Shown piece by piece: positions 1-13,523 of a DNA stretch of 64,000 bases (position 1 is its first letter; each line of letters opens with the position of its first letter). The position numbers and the translations under genes were made by a program. The stretch is from the NCBI GenBank assembly GCA_964106645.2, contig OZ067041.1; one strand, written 5' to 3'. The DNA is from Podarcis pityusensis (taxonomy: Eukaryota). Under the pieces are notes generated by a model. It was not told the origin of the DNA. It was given only the letters and a program-made list of their open reading frames with translations, and searched no databases.

Positions 1-3000
1 ATATATGTGTGTAGATACACACATTCTTCTTTACTATTACATTACCTTTCAACCCTATACCTACCACTCAAGCATTTGATGTGCCAAATCCCAAGAATAA
101 TTTGGTTTTAAACTGAGCATTCTCTGAATGAAGCAACTGTGAACTTTAAAGCCCCTTGGCTGCAGGGAGCCATTCCCACTTGCAGAGCCAAACAATAGTC
201 CATATTTGCTGCAACTAGTGCTGCCCCATAATTGCATGCTTATTACCTGTTTTCTCACCCTTGCCTGAAGTCACACAGGCCATTCCTAATGTAAAAGGCC
301 ATCAGCAGCAGATGAAGGAAAGCAAACAGCAGGTGGCGTCAGCAAAGAAACTATTAAAAGAAAATAAAGTTGAGTATTAGCTTGTTTCACACAGACCAGG
401 ATGCCTCCACAAACCAGCAGCGCCCTGTGTAAACTTGCTTCAGGCTGGAGCTAGACGCTCCCATTTTCTTAAAGTCTTAATGAGAGGGCTCACAGCCAGA
501 AAATCTGTTGGTGGAATTCAAAGCAAGATGAACAGAAGTAATATGAAAAGGTGAAACAATTCACAAGGTAAAATAGAACCTGTGCAGACAATGTCATTAA
601 GAAGGGGAAGTTGAGATTACCTGAGAATAACCTGACTTCAGACACTGAAGTGCCACATAATAGTAAGAGCTTTTCATTTTGGAAAATTTTATTGAAATGT
701 GATTGCTGGGAGAATTTAGTCCATGCTACAAAATAAATCTGACATGTTGGTTATGACATCTCAGCTTGACATTGTAGGAAGAATCAATGAAGAGGACAGT
801 AACAGCTTATGTAGTGCAATTTACTGGTTGAGAACGTTTATATAATGTAAAGGAAGGGGAAAGAAGCCTTAAGAGGAAATAAACTGTTTTGAAAGCAGTA
901 GCAGACAGGGGAAAACAAACAGCTTTGAGAAATAACAAGGCTGTCAAGTGTAAGCCCTCAAGCCTGAGGGCTGAATGTGGCCCTTTACGCCCCTCTGTCT
1001 GGACTATGGATTCTGTCCAGTTCAAACCACTTCTACCCAGATCACTCCTTCCACTGACTTCTCCCTGTGTCCTCTTTGTGTGCTTCTGCCTGGCTTTCCT
1101 TGAACTGAGATTATACCTCAGTTTGCCCGAATGGAAAAGTGTGTTGAAACCTCTGAATTTGGGAATTGCATCCTTTGCTTTTGCCACAGCGACCATTTAC
1201 ATGAACCCCCTGGAAGGTTGCACCCAGCCCTCTGGATGGAAAAAAAATTTCCTTGGCCCTGATGTAAGGATATTCTTTCAGAAAATATTTCTGCTCTCCC
1301 ACAAAATAATACCCCAAAGCTGAAATAAGTGAACATTTAATGCAGCCCTAGTATGTGCGTAGCAATCCCTGTATATAACTGAAAAAGCTATTTGGTTTCT
1401 GTATCTTGTCTCAGATTTCAGGGGGGGGGGGGAGTAAGGGAAGATAATAACCTAGCCTAAAGAGATTTCTAACTAACCCTCCCCACCAAAAATAGTATCC
1501 TGTCTATTAATACAGAATTGGATTTTAAAAATACTTTTTCAAAATAATTGTTTGCAATCTCAGACCTTTGAAGCCATACTTTTTGAAAAATCAGCTGTTC
1601 TGAATCTGTAAATATACACTCCCAGCAGCTTCATATAGATGCTAAAATCATGGGAGAACATAGCCCTGAGGCACCCCACAAGTAAGTACTTAGGAATCCG
1701 AACACTCACCCTTAAAAGCACTTTCTGGACACAGCCCAGGAGGAAGGAGCTGAACTGCTGCATAACAGTGCCCCCAGCTCCCAACCCTCCTAGACGGTCC
1801 AGAATGATACCATGGGAAAGATCTAGAATAGTTCTACAATACTTTCATTGTGTGAAAGGCGTATTGCGAAGTTTCCCATAATTTGCATGGTGTGTTTTGT
1901 TCCATAGGGCAGACCAAAATAGTGACCTCAATAGTGACACATAATCTTCCTTACACAATTCCAGAATACCAGGTGCTGAATACAAAACACACACACACAC
2001 ACACACACAATCAGCACCCTGCTTGCATTCTCATACTGTACTGTCAGGAGTTTCATTCATACCACTTACTTTTACTCATTGGAGGGACAAGGGAATGAAA
2101 GGAATGTGGCTACAGCCACAGACGTTTTCTCAGTCTGAACATATCCCATCATTTGTGTGGATGGGGGAAAGCATGATCATGCTCCAAAGCAGAGCAACAC
2201 ATCACCAGCGATTTGGATGGTCTGTTACAATTTTGCTTGAAAAAACATTGAAACAAACAGCAACAATAGTGCTAAAAACAGTGTATATGGTACTCACTCA
2301 TTACTGGTACCTACTCACTGATTCTAAATGGCCAAAGACAAAATTTATGGCAGCTACTTAAAACAAAACTGTGCAAGGCTTTGCAGGTAGACAGTCATAA
2401 CTCTTAGCCTCCCCTTCTTTGAGCTGGGTTTCTTAAATGCAGTTCAGAACTTAACTATTACTGCCAGTAAAAAAACAACAACAAAAAAACCTATTACTGC
2501 CAGTGCTCAGCCCTAGAAAATGTGAAGTACCTTTGTTTACTCACCAAGTAATGATAAGCAATCTGGCATAGGCCTCAATTACAAAACTTCATACAAAAGG
2601 AGTTTTATTAAAGGCAGCTGCAGTTTTTACAGCAATTGTAAACTGCTAATTAGGGTTAAGATCACACTTTTCCTTATGACTCCACCTCTGGACAAAAAAA
2701 AATGTAAATAGAAGGAGATGGGAATCCAAAGTCAAACACCATATTCACAGAACATGGGAAATCTGGTGAGTGACATTCATTACCTTAATAATGTGCTGAG
2801 TCCTTGATCAGTACAAAAAGAATATAGACAGCAGAGATCCAAGCAAAACAAAGCAGATAGTTTCTGGTGCAAATATCTCTGCTCAATAACTGACAATGAA
2901 CTCAGCATGGAAAATGGCACTGAACTGAGCATGTTCAGTAGACTTTAAAACAAAATATTTTAAGATACTAGGCATTCTGAGGAACATGCAGCAAACTAAG

Positions 3001-4944
3001 GATTTTGAGTCATCTCCTGTTGCTTTGGGGAAATTCAAGGGACGAGACTGCTGTGTTTGAAGGCCACTATTGTAAATAAGTTTTTTTTTTGCGATTGTTT
3101 TTTGTATTTATGGAGTTCAAATAAGGAAACATGACGAATTTGCCAAAATTGCTTTTGCTGTTTTGTAAATATGTTATTTGCCATTAAAGAAAATGAAGGA
3201 ATAAATACATCAGAAGGTGTCAGTCAGTATGGTTATTAAAGAAAATCAGACTCCCTGACCTGCTCCCTGCCTGCTGTAGAAAACAGTTTCTCAACTGGGA
3301 AAGGTAGTAATAACAGGAAGGGATGAAACTAGCCAACTGCATTTCCAAAGATTATATTAAATGATTTGAAATATACTGCTGCATAAAACCTTCTTCATTC
3401 ACAAAAATGAAGAGTGTTGTTCCCCTTGTGCACTCCTTTGTCTGCAAGGAACTTTCGTCTCCACTGAAAAAAGTGGGAACCTCAGTGTGTGCACCAGAAC
3501 ATTGTTTTCAAAGGGATAAACTTGCTCATGACAGTATGTGAATAAATTTTAGGCCAGATGTTCTTTCCAAAAAGATATTCTGATTAAAGATCAAAAGTTA
3601 CATTAAAATCAAAAGTGTATTGCAGAAACAGATCATTAATCCTCTGTTTGTGTGCTGAAATGCTTTTGCCCTAGGCACTGGCAATGTTACTGCATTATTA
3701 CACAGAGGTTCAGTGTGTATATTGAACACTTTTTTCTTCCTCTACCATATGATTACTTGTGTAACCTACAGATGACTCAGTAAGACATGCCTTTTGAAGC
3801 CAGCTAGAAACTCAGCAGTGCTTAGTGTGGTTTTTATTTTTGTAGATTAAAGGGATGTTGCTCTCCAGTGACACTGCAATATTACCAGGTTAGAACTGTT
3901 TATTGAATGAACAGAAAATATCAGTTAGCATCAGCAAGTCTATGAATTCGTATAACTCTGCATCTCTGCTGCCCAGGAATACTTATGTTTTAAAACAATT
4001 AATTTTATTTACTTTGATGTATCAGAAATGCTGAAAACTACCAAAATGAGAATTTAAAAAACAAAACAAAACACAACAACCCTGGAATTCTGACATTTTA
4101 AATTAATGAACCCAAAACTCTGATAGCCAGTCAAATATTTCCCATCCTTTAAATTTAAATTTAGAAATTCAAAATACTTGCTTCTGCTTGCCATTCATTA
4201 GGGGTAAATGTTTTAGTAGACACAGGAACACACACTTTTACAAACTGGGTGGACACTACTTCAGCAGCTCATTTTATTTCATAGGTGCAGTGTTAAATAT
4301 CCTCCCAAGAAAAGTTGTTTTTGAAGCAGGTGAGGCAGTTTAAAAATTAGGCATGCATAGCACTACCCAGCTAATCAGAAGCAAGCCTCGTGAGTTCAGT
4401 GGAACATACTTCCAAGTAAACATGGTGAAAAATCATTAAAATGATTTGAGGAAGCAAAGTCAGGAATAGGGACATTTCAGAAAATTATTTCTCATTGAAT
4501 TACTGGGTAAATGTCATGATTTTCTTGGTTTTCTAACAGAAGTAGATTGGGAGAGATAATGTCTTTGTAAGTAAGTACCTCATCCAGGATCTAGCAAGAA
4601 TGCAGTGCGATTTTCCCCCTACTTACCCAATCTCTCTATCAGATATTCAGTCATAGAGCAAGTTGCCATATATGACAATAACACAGCACAGCAGCACAGG
4701 AAACAACAGTGCAGCTGACACAAGTCTTGTTACCTGCATGCAGTCCACTGACTTTATGTTATTACTTGCTCCTGCTTTAGCATCTAGCTAGAATCTAGAG
4801 AAGGCTTAAATCCTTAGCATCCTTATTAGGAAGCAAGTCCCATTGACCCTGTTAGGACTGTCTAAACAAATTATTTTGTATCAAGCTATAAACCTGTTAA
4901 TGTCAGTCAAACTCTGGTGCAGGTACTCTGGCACCAAATCTAAG

Positions 4945-5202
4945 TGTGGTGCCAGTGTGGTGTAGTGGTTAAGAGTGGTAGTCTCGTAATCTGGGGAACT
5001 GGGTTCACGTCTCCGCTCCTCCACATGCAGCTGCTGGGTGATCTTGGGCCAGTCACACTTCTTTGAAGTCTCTCAGCCCCACTCACCTCACAGAGTGTTT
5101 GTTGTGGGGGAGGAAGGGAAAGGAGAATGTTAGCCGCTTTGAGACTCCTGAAGGGGAGTGAAAGGCGGGATATCAAATCCAAACTCTACTTCTTCTTCTT
5201 CT
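4945..5202 (+). mobile_element. tRNA-derived squamate SINE (Squam3-like)
   Basis: A-box-like TGGTGTAGTGG, B-box-like GGTTCACGTCT, conserved body, (CTT)n tail; a second copy lies at 49041-49304. Confidence 0.8.
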
Positions 5203-6067
5203 AAGACTTAGAAACAGGGCTGTAGAGTACCATGTAAATTAGAAGTGTTGCATTAATTATTGATGTTTTTATTTCTAGAAGGATGGCATACACTAGAAAT
5301 GTAACTACACAGGAATGAAGATTATTTGTTGATAGCATCCAAACTGTAAGGCAAAAAAAAAAAGTTAGATTGCAGTCTACAGAAAAAACAGTAACAAAGC
5401 CACCCCCTTTGTGATCAATAGTGGGTGGGGGGGGGGGATAAAGAGTATTCACATTTCAAACAATTGTAGTACTCAGCATAGCATGCACAGTGCTTTTTGG
5501 CTTGATCTCATCCATGTATGCTGTACTAAAACAGATGGTTGGCACTTACCATTTCGATAGAACCAATAATCGGGTTAGGCAGAGTGAGGTGGTGACTGCT
5601 ACAAGCAGTCTTTGCCCAGTGGGTAACCTGCAGTGTTGAACCTAGCAGACCTGGCCACAATTCTGACAATTTTAAGCATGTTTTGAGCAAATGAGACAGT
5701 TAAGTACATTATTTTCTCCTGATGAAATCAATCTGCCTTAATAATGTTTAATTTTGCGTAGATTATTCACTATCTCTCTAACTAGGAGATTCAGCTGCAT
5801 GTTTACAACCAACACCTGAGTACAAAGATGTATGAACAAAGTTGTATATATTTATTTCATATATTTATATACCACTTACTACCAAATTAGCCTCTTAAGT
5901 GGTTTAAGTGTGTGTGTTTGAATTTGCCTTAAAATTTGCAAATTATGGATTTTTAAATATTTAATAATAATGTGGGGAAACAACACATGGAAAAGTGGTG
6001 AACAAATAAATAAACATACACATCTACTTAGCATATTTGCAGTTGAAATATGTATGTCATATATTGA

Positions 6068-6632
6068 CACCCCGGGAACAGCTTTGACTGGCTGGCTAAA
6101 CCAGGTGAGGGTAGCCAATGGGTCTCAAATCCTCAGTGAGTTAGGGATTCCCCTGCATGAGAAGACAGGCTGTGGTGGATTGAATGGACAAGGCCAATAG
6201 TGGTTCCAACGGTCAAGAAGGTGGTTTCTGCAAGTGCTGTAGAGAGAAGTGAGGGGCAGATTGAGCCCATCCAGGAGAAAGAAAACTCTAGTCCTAAATC
6301 TCTGCTGCCTTGTGTGATATCTTCAGGAGAAGAAAAGGCTGAGAAGTATAAAGGATAACGAGAATAAATCCTACACATATCTGGAGTGGAGTTCCTAAGT
6401 TGGTTGGATGGTGCCTTGCATGCCACTTTCCGGCAGATCTTGCAGCCAAGCTGGTGCCAAATGTATTGCTCTACTTTCCTTTGGACCACATCAATGAGGC
6501 CGAGAGGGGGGTCTTGTCGTCTGGGCAGCCCAGGACCTCCATACACATTGCCCAAGCTTGCGCCCCAGGGAGGTCACTTCAGTGCTGCTAACAGTGGTTT
6601 GACTCCTCCCCGGAGGTGCACTCCATTGTCTC
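6068..6632 (+). mobile_element. Interspersed repeat, probably an RTE-related non-autonomous retroposon
   Basis: GC-richer block with sharp edges, resembling a squamate RTE-associated repeat as recalled; no coding signal. Confidence 0.45.
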
Positions 6633-7617
6633 TAAAGCTTATTCATGTAATCGAACTATAAGAAATCAACTTATCCAGTTCAATTATTGTGCAGATTGTT
6701 GATTGTTGATAATAGTAATGAGGTAAATGCAGCACTTGGGTGTTTGGATGAAGAAGATGCTTCTATCATCACCACCATCAACAAAGTCCTATTAAAAGAC
6801 TGATAGATGTGTACACAAAGAGGTGTCTATCTTCCCTGGCTAAAATTTGGATCACATATCCCCTCATAGAGTACCAGTATTTTAATGTCAACATAGCCTT
6901 GAAATTGATCGAACTGCTCTGAATAAATATACTCTGAGGAGAGCTTTTACCTGTCTCAGATTTCAGTTAATGCCCTCTGCAACATTAGATGGAAGATGTC
7001 ACAATAATATTCCTATAATGATAATGTGTGTTATTTCTATCTGCAGAATCCAGAAAAAAGAGAATTTGCTACATTCTTTGTTTTGCTTTCCATTATGGAG
7101 AGTGCAAGCAAAAATTCCTCCCCAGGCTGCTAAAAGGTCATGAGCATTGGTCAGACTCAAAAAAACATGTAATTTTTGCTCAAATCACAATGGCATAACT
7201 AGCCAGAAAATGACCACTTTTGTACTGGCATTGGCCAAAGCAAGATCAATCTTTCATGTTTTGACTGCCATCTGGATAAATGAACTCTACAAAAATGTGA
7301 TCCCATGCTTTAGATTATGTGACTACCTCATGAGAACAATCTTGTATTGTTATGACTGAAACAAATTTCAGCACTGATCTGAATGTAATGTGTTCAAATA
7401 TCTCTTTTGATAACTCTTTTATTTCTCTCCACCCCCCCTTAGTTAAGAAAATCATATTATGCCTTCCTGTTCTCCTGTCTTTAGCTGCATCTTACATGAT
7501 TGTTATTTTTCTCTGCTAAGGGGAAAATTAATCTGATCTCAGCAGACAAAGGTGCTTGTTTTGGGCTGTAAAATGTATAAAAATACATTATTTTTATTTA
7601 TTTATTTTTATCAAGTA

Positions 7618-7846
7618 CAATGGTACCTTGGGTTACAGATGCTTCAGGTTACAGACTCTGCTAACCCAGAAATAGTACCTCGGGTTAAGAACTTTGCTTC
7701 AGGATGAGAACAGAAATTGCACGGCAGTGGCAGCGTGGCAGCAGCGGGAGGTCCCATTAGCTAAAGTGGTACCTCAGGTTAAGAACAGTTTCAGGTTAAG
7801 AACGGACCTCCGGAATGAATTAAGTTCATAACCAGAGGTACCACTG
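7618..7846. mobile_element. Tc1/mariner (pogo/Tigger-like) MITE
   Basis: TIRs CAATGGTACCT.../...AGGTACCACTG; TA target duplication; same family as 53584-53824. Confidence 0.85.
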
Positions 7847-7852
7847 TAAATC

Positions 7853-8315
7853 TTGACCATTTTGGTTGCCCTCCTCTGGACAACCAAAATGGTCAAAGGT
7901 CTGGAGACGATGCCTTATGAGGAACGGCTAAGGGAGCTGGGCATGTTTAGCCTGGAGAAGAGGAGGTTAAGGGGTGATATGATAGCCATGTTCAAATATA
8001 TAAAAGGATGTCACATAGAGGAGGGAGAAAGGTTGTTTTCTGCTGCTCCAGAGAAGCGGACACGGAGCAATGGATCCAAACTACAAGAAAGAAGATTCCA
8101 CCTAAACATTAGGAAGAACTTCCTGACAGTAAGAGCTGTTCAACAGTGGAATTTGCTGCCAAGGAGTGTGGTGGAGTCTCCTTCTTTGGAGGTCTTTAAG
8201 CAGAGGCTTGACAACCATATGTCAGGAGTGCTCTGATGGTGTTTCCTGCTTGGCAAGAGGTTGGACTCGATGGCCCTTGTGGTCTCTTCCAACTCTATGA
8301 TTCTATGATTCTATG
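7853..8315 (+). mobile_element. CR1 LINE 3' fragment with short 5' inversion
   Basis: ORF2 C-terminus YEERLRELGMFSLEKRRLRGDMI...FHLNIRKNFLTVRAVQQWNLLPRSVVESPSLEVFKQRLD; (ATTCTATG)n tail. Confidence 0.93.
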
Positions 8316-11300
8316 AAATCCTTCTCAACAGAGGAGTCATGTGCTACTTCCACACTCTCCATCATTTTACATATGAAAGCAGATGGCTGAGCACGTAGGT
8401 GGGACCCAAGATGGCATCTAGACATCCAGAGATGGGCCCAAGTGCAGTGGAAAGTGTTGGGTCAGGAAGGCTATGCATAGAAAGTGCAAGACGCAGGGTA
8501 TATTTACATGTTAAACAATTTGAAAGAGAATTTAACATAGTGGCTATAGGGTTCTACATTGGGTGCTACATATTAACAATAACCGTATTAAGTAACTATG
8601 GATGCTGGCTGTGTGAAACAGCGCTGACTTCAGGTTTAGCTGGCAAATTATAAGTGTGGTTCCCTTATTTGCCAGTGGGCTCCTGGACACCTGAGTTTCC
8701 CACAGTGGCCCACAGCACCCAACATATGGCCAGTGTCTTCGACCATAGAATAGGAGGCTTGGCTGGATGCTTGAGCCTTGGCAGCTGCTCCAGGATTCTG
8801 GGTGCCAACACCAGCCTTTATGTGAAGCTACAGCTTTTATTCCAGTTTATCCCAGATAGCGTGGTAATTTGGAAATTGTACATGGTGTGATGATCATTCA
8901 TGACTTGTGGCAGATCCAGTTGACAGTTTACTGTAACTATAGATTGCATACTGCTGCATACTAATATTCTCTGTTGTGTTTACACCCCCAAGCAGAGGCC
9001 ACTATTTCAAGGTTGGGAGGAAGTGTTTGCTTCTCCCTCTCCGCCTTGTGACCTGATGGCTCTGCAAGAGAGTAGTATTTTGTCTTTCTTTTCTGCTACG
9101 TAATACGATTGTAGTTAATTGGAAATAAGTGTCACTGGAAACAAGTTGCCATGCTTCTGAATAAACATGCCTAGCTTTCAGCTGTCTAGCAGGCTCTCTA
9201 CCTTCTTAGCTTGTTGCTCTGTTGAGAATTCCTGTTTCTCCCCTCTCATTTTATAAGAAAAAGTATCTGATTATTTGCAATCCTCCACAAGCTGTTGCAG
9301 TCACTACAGACAAGGTGTCTGCCAAATAAAGGAAAAGGAGCAGTAAAGAGAGGGTGTGCAGTTTTTTCTGATAGCTAATTTACCGAAATAGAATAACTTG
9401 TGGATTTTCTTCAAGTCAGCCAATCAAACGCTCTCTTCCCACCTATGACTGACAAAGAAGCAGAGAGACCTAGCTAGTAGTAAAAGCTTCAAAAGCAAAC
9501 CACAAAGCCAAGTGATCATCCCTCCACCAAATGGAGACTATTTAAGGTGAGCTTTTTCCCTGGGACAGTGCTTTGAAAATTATGGGAGCCCCAGCTAAAT
9601 CTAGTTCAGACTTGTTGGACAGGTGGGGAGGGATGTTTGTCATTTTCACCAATGAGCAGCATGCACATGTCTCCTATATTAAAACACTGATTTTATCATT
9701 TATTTTTCCTACCAGCTTTCACATCCAGTGAGCAAGGAATTGTGTCCCTGTTGGGAATTAAGTTGGGTAGAATCAGATATAAGAAAGATCCATAAAACTT
9801 GGTCTACACCTGAGCTGCATTTCTTATGTTGGGAATTTAATATTGGAGGCTGCAGCAGCATTCCAAATTATGGATGATGCCCTAAACAAACCTACACAAT
9901 AAAGGTTTGCTGTATTGATACAGCATAGGTCAGAAAAGGAAAGACAGAATATTATTTTCCATTCTCTCACCCTGTGGATGAATAGCAGCTCAATAGGGAG
10001 TTGAATGCTCCATAAGAAATAAAATTGATATACTTTTAGTCCTGGAGAATATGCATACAAACGGTTGTCCATTGCACTGAGCACAGCAGATATTTTCTGT
10101 ATTGTCCGTGCTAATTCACAGGAGCCTGAAAGTATTAATACAACCTGCTCATCAAAAGCAAAGGTCTGAGATTGGTGCTTGATGCCTCAGGAACACCACT
10201 AGCCTTGGCACACCTGTCTGTTCTTATGTATTCTAAACCCAAGGTATCTCAACAACAACAGCTGTGATATTTGGCATTCATAAGCAAAGAAGACAATTTA
10301 CAGAGTGGCTGTTGTAATTGCATGAGCCAGCAGCATTAACTACAGAAAAGGTAGTGAGTCTTAAATCCAGATATCTGTCTTGAGAGCAGTACATAAGTGG
10401 GGAAAATTAAGGTTACACAGCCAATATAAATCTAGCAACTCGAATCTTTGGAGCTCTTATTTAAACTTACTGGAAAGGGATCTAATGAAGTGTGATTTAT
10501 TATAGATTCCTAGATGTAGTTGTAATTTAAATATTAATCGTTGCCATATTAAAAGTGCTCCACAGACATAAATTCTGTGTTCCTTATGGCAAGCCCTGTG
10601 AAACTGGTGACTCTACAAAAGGCAAATACAATTCAAAGACCAGTCTTCTATAAAGTACCTGTTTTTTACAGACCCTATGTAATACATCTGCGTGTTTCAC
10701 TGTTCTGCTTTCTCAGCATTGCAAGGTGCGCTATCAAAATGTCCAGAAAAATACAGTAAGAATGCTGAAATGATTTCTGTGTATTTTGAAAGACTGAAAA
10801 TCATGTGATGTATTAATAACAAACAGTTAAACATTATTGTGATGTCTGTCCAAGTAACAGAACTTCCCTATGTAAAGCAACCCTTGGGTTTATAACTTGG
10901 GGTATTGTTGGATAGCACAGACAGCTGTTAATGGGTTTAGACATCACACCAAAACATAGTTTTGCACTAATCATAATTTAGACACAAACCATAGTTTTAG
11001 GTTGCCAATGCATAGGCAAATCATTGTTTACCTTTCTATTCAAGACCATTCCATTCCTTTTTGCTGCCCTTCGGATCATCTGAATGTTACTTGAATCCCC
11101 AGACACTATCCCAAATCACTGTATTTAATCTCACTGCTGGCAAAGTGATACCATATGTGCTATCAAATTATCTCTGGCCAGCTACTCCTAGGCAATAATG
11201 CTAGCCTATAGCTAGTCTCAGTAGCAATCTTTGATCCATTGTTGGCTTTGTAAACAGCAGAGCATATGCCTGCCTTTTCAGGTCTCAGTCTCTAGAGCAT

Positions 11301-11722
11301 TTCCCTCCCCTTCATCTCAATTTTTTGTGTAGTCTCCTGTGATTGTTCTTCAAACATTTGTAGAAAGTATTATTTCCTCTACGGCATTGCTCACTCCCCA
11401 TCCCTAGCTTTGTACCACAGACGAGAGTGTAGGTCCAGATTTTAAACTTTTGTAGTTGTTGCTAAAGCATCCCTACATGGTCACATTCTTCTTCTTCTTG
11501 ATCAACACATATTCCAACACAGACACTCCCGCAGGGTTTCCCAGTATTCCTAGAAGGTCATCTGTCTCCTCCAGCAATATGCCTTCTACTAAAATGCAAC
11601 AGGTTCTCATAACAGCAAGCATTTCCTCTTCCGTATACAGGACAGTGTAGAAGAACTTCTAGCAGATGTTAATGCTTTAAAAATATTTCTTTATTCCTCT
11701 TTTCTTTAATATGGTAACATCT

Positions 11723-12078
11723 CGGGTGGCCCTATGGTATAAACCACTGAGCCTAGGGCTTGCCAGTCGGCAGGTTGGCGGTTTGAACCCCCGCGATGGG
11801 GTGAGCTCCCATTGCTTGGTCCCTGCTCCTGCCAACCTAGCAATTCAAAAGCACGTCAAAGTGCAAGTAGATAAATAGGTACCGCTCCAGCGGGAAGGTA
11901 AACACCATTTCCGTGCACTGCTCTGGTTTGCCAGAAGCGGCTTAGTCATGCTGGCCACATGACCCGGAAAAACTGTCTGCGGACAAACGTCGGCTCCCTC
12001 GGCCAGTAAAGCAAGATGAGAGCCCAACCCCAGAGTCGTTCGCGACTGGACTTAATTGTCAGGGGTCCTTTACCTTTT
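11723..12078 (+). mobile_element. Sauria SINE (lacertid type)
   Basis: tRNA-like head, characteristic body (GTGCAAGTAGATAAATAGGTACC...GCTGGCCACATGACCCGGA) and ACCTTT-type tail. Confidence 0.85.
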
Positions 12079-13476
12079 TTATTTCCTTCTTGGTCCTGTT
12101 CAGATTTATCATTATTTCATTAATCCTGGTTGTTATATTGATACTTACCAGGGTGTAATTTCAGATCCAGATTTACAGCAGCAGCTAAATGCAGTAGCTG
12201 GCATAACTGGATTTTTCTCCAGCTAAAGTGGTTATGAATATTGGTCTACTGATAATGGAATTGCTGGCACTGCAGAACCAGGATCAGAATGTGTTGTCAT
12301 GAGACCACATGTGCCTGAACTGTGGGAGGTGTTTGAATGGCTAGTAATATGCTCTTGCCTCATCTCTTGTGTCTGTGTGGCTGCTGAATACTGCTACCCA
12401 CAGTATGTCTAGAGAATGAGAGAGCCTTTCTTAACCACCTCATCTGACCATTAAGTGAAAATAATTTCCTTCTGGAAACAATTACTTCAGTCACTTGTGA
12501 GCATAGCTGCTCACCCACAGATCAAGGAGACCTCCATTTAAGGTTGCCACATTTCAAAAAGTAAAATTCCTCGCCATACATCTGGGCTTTCCCTGATGCC
12601 ATTTTTATACCTGAAAACCAGGACATGTCAGGCTCCATTTCTGCGTATAATGACAGCTTTGGCTTTCTTGCTCAGGAATACTTAGAACATCTAAGTTTGA
12701 GGAGAACATTACAGTGAAATTTATCTTTAAACTGGAGACTTTAAAATTTAATTTATTTTTCTTAGAAATAAATGTTGTAGGTTTTTTTATGTTGTTATTG
12801 TTTTACTGTTCTGCTGTGAATGGTTCTGAAAACTCTTTTATAGTGGGAACAGGTTGTGGTCAGGAAAAATTGACACAACAGAGGATGTTGCTAGGTAACC
12901 ACTAGTGGGACTGCCTTGTGTGCTTTCAGTTTTCCACTAAGTACTATCATCTCTATGGTGCAGTGGCCTTCAGAGGTGGAGCATCAGCTATGACATATGA
13001 ATAAACAGTTGCCAAAAAAAAGAAAAGGTTTCTAGCTCTGGTTTATTGACTGATTACAAATCATGATTTGTCAATTTCAATGTCATGCCAAGCCAAGGTT
13101 AAAATTCCACAAGGATATCTGAACTGAGATAATAAAAGGGAATGTTTGGGGGAGGGAATTAAAAATTGCATAAACACTGCTAACTCTTAAGTGCAGTCAA
13201 TTTAAATTAGTTGGAGGCAGATCTGACTGAAACCAGGCTCCCTCCAGGTCCACCCCAAGCCTCGCCTTTTTGTTTGTTTTGATTGGCCCATTTAAATTTG
13301 ACTGTGGAAAGCCCCAAGAGTCCCTGCAGCTGATGACTTTGTCAGCTGGTTTCACAGGAAAGGAATTTTGACCCCGCTTTACCCCTGCCTTACCTGCATC
13401 CACACTGGGACTCAACCACCACCACTACTGCAATAAACAATAAGCAGTATTTATTCATATATATGTATGTATGTGT

Positions 13477-13522
<46 letters not shown>
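13477..13522. repeat. (ATAG)n microsatellite
   Basis: About 11 perfect tetranucleotide units. Confidence 0.95.
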
Positions 13523-13523
<1 letters not shown>

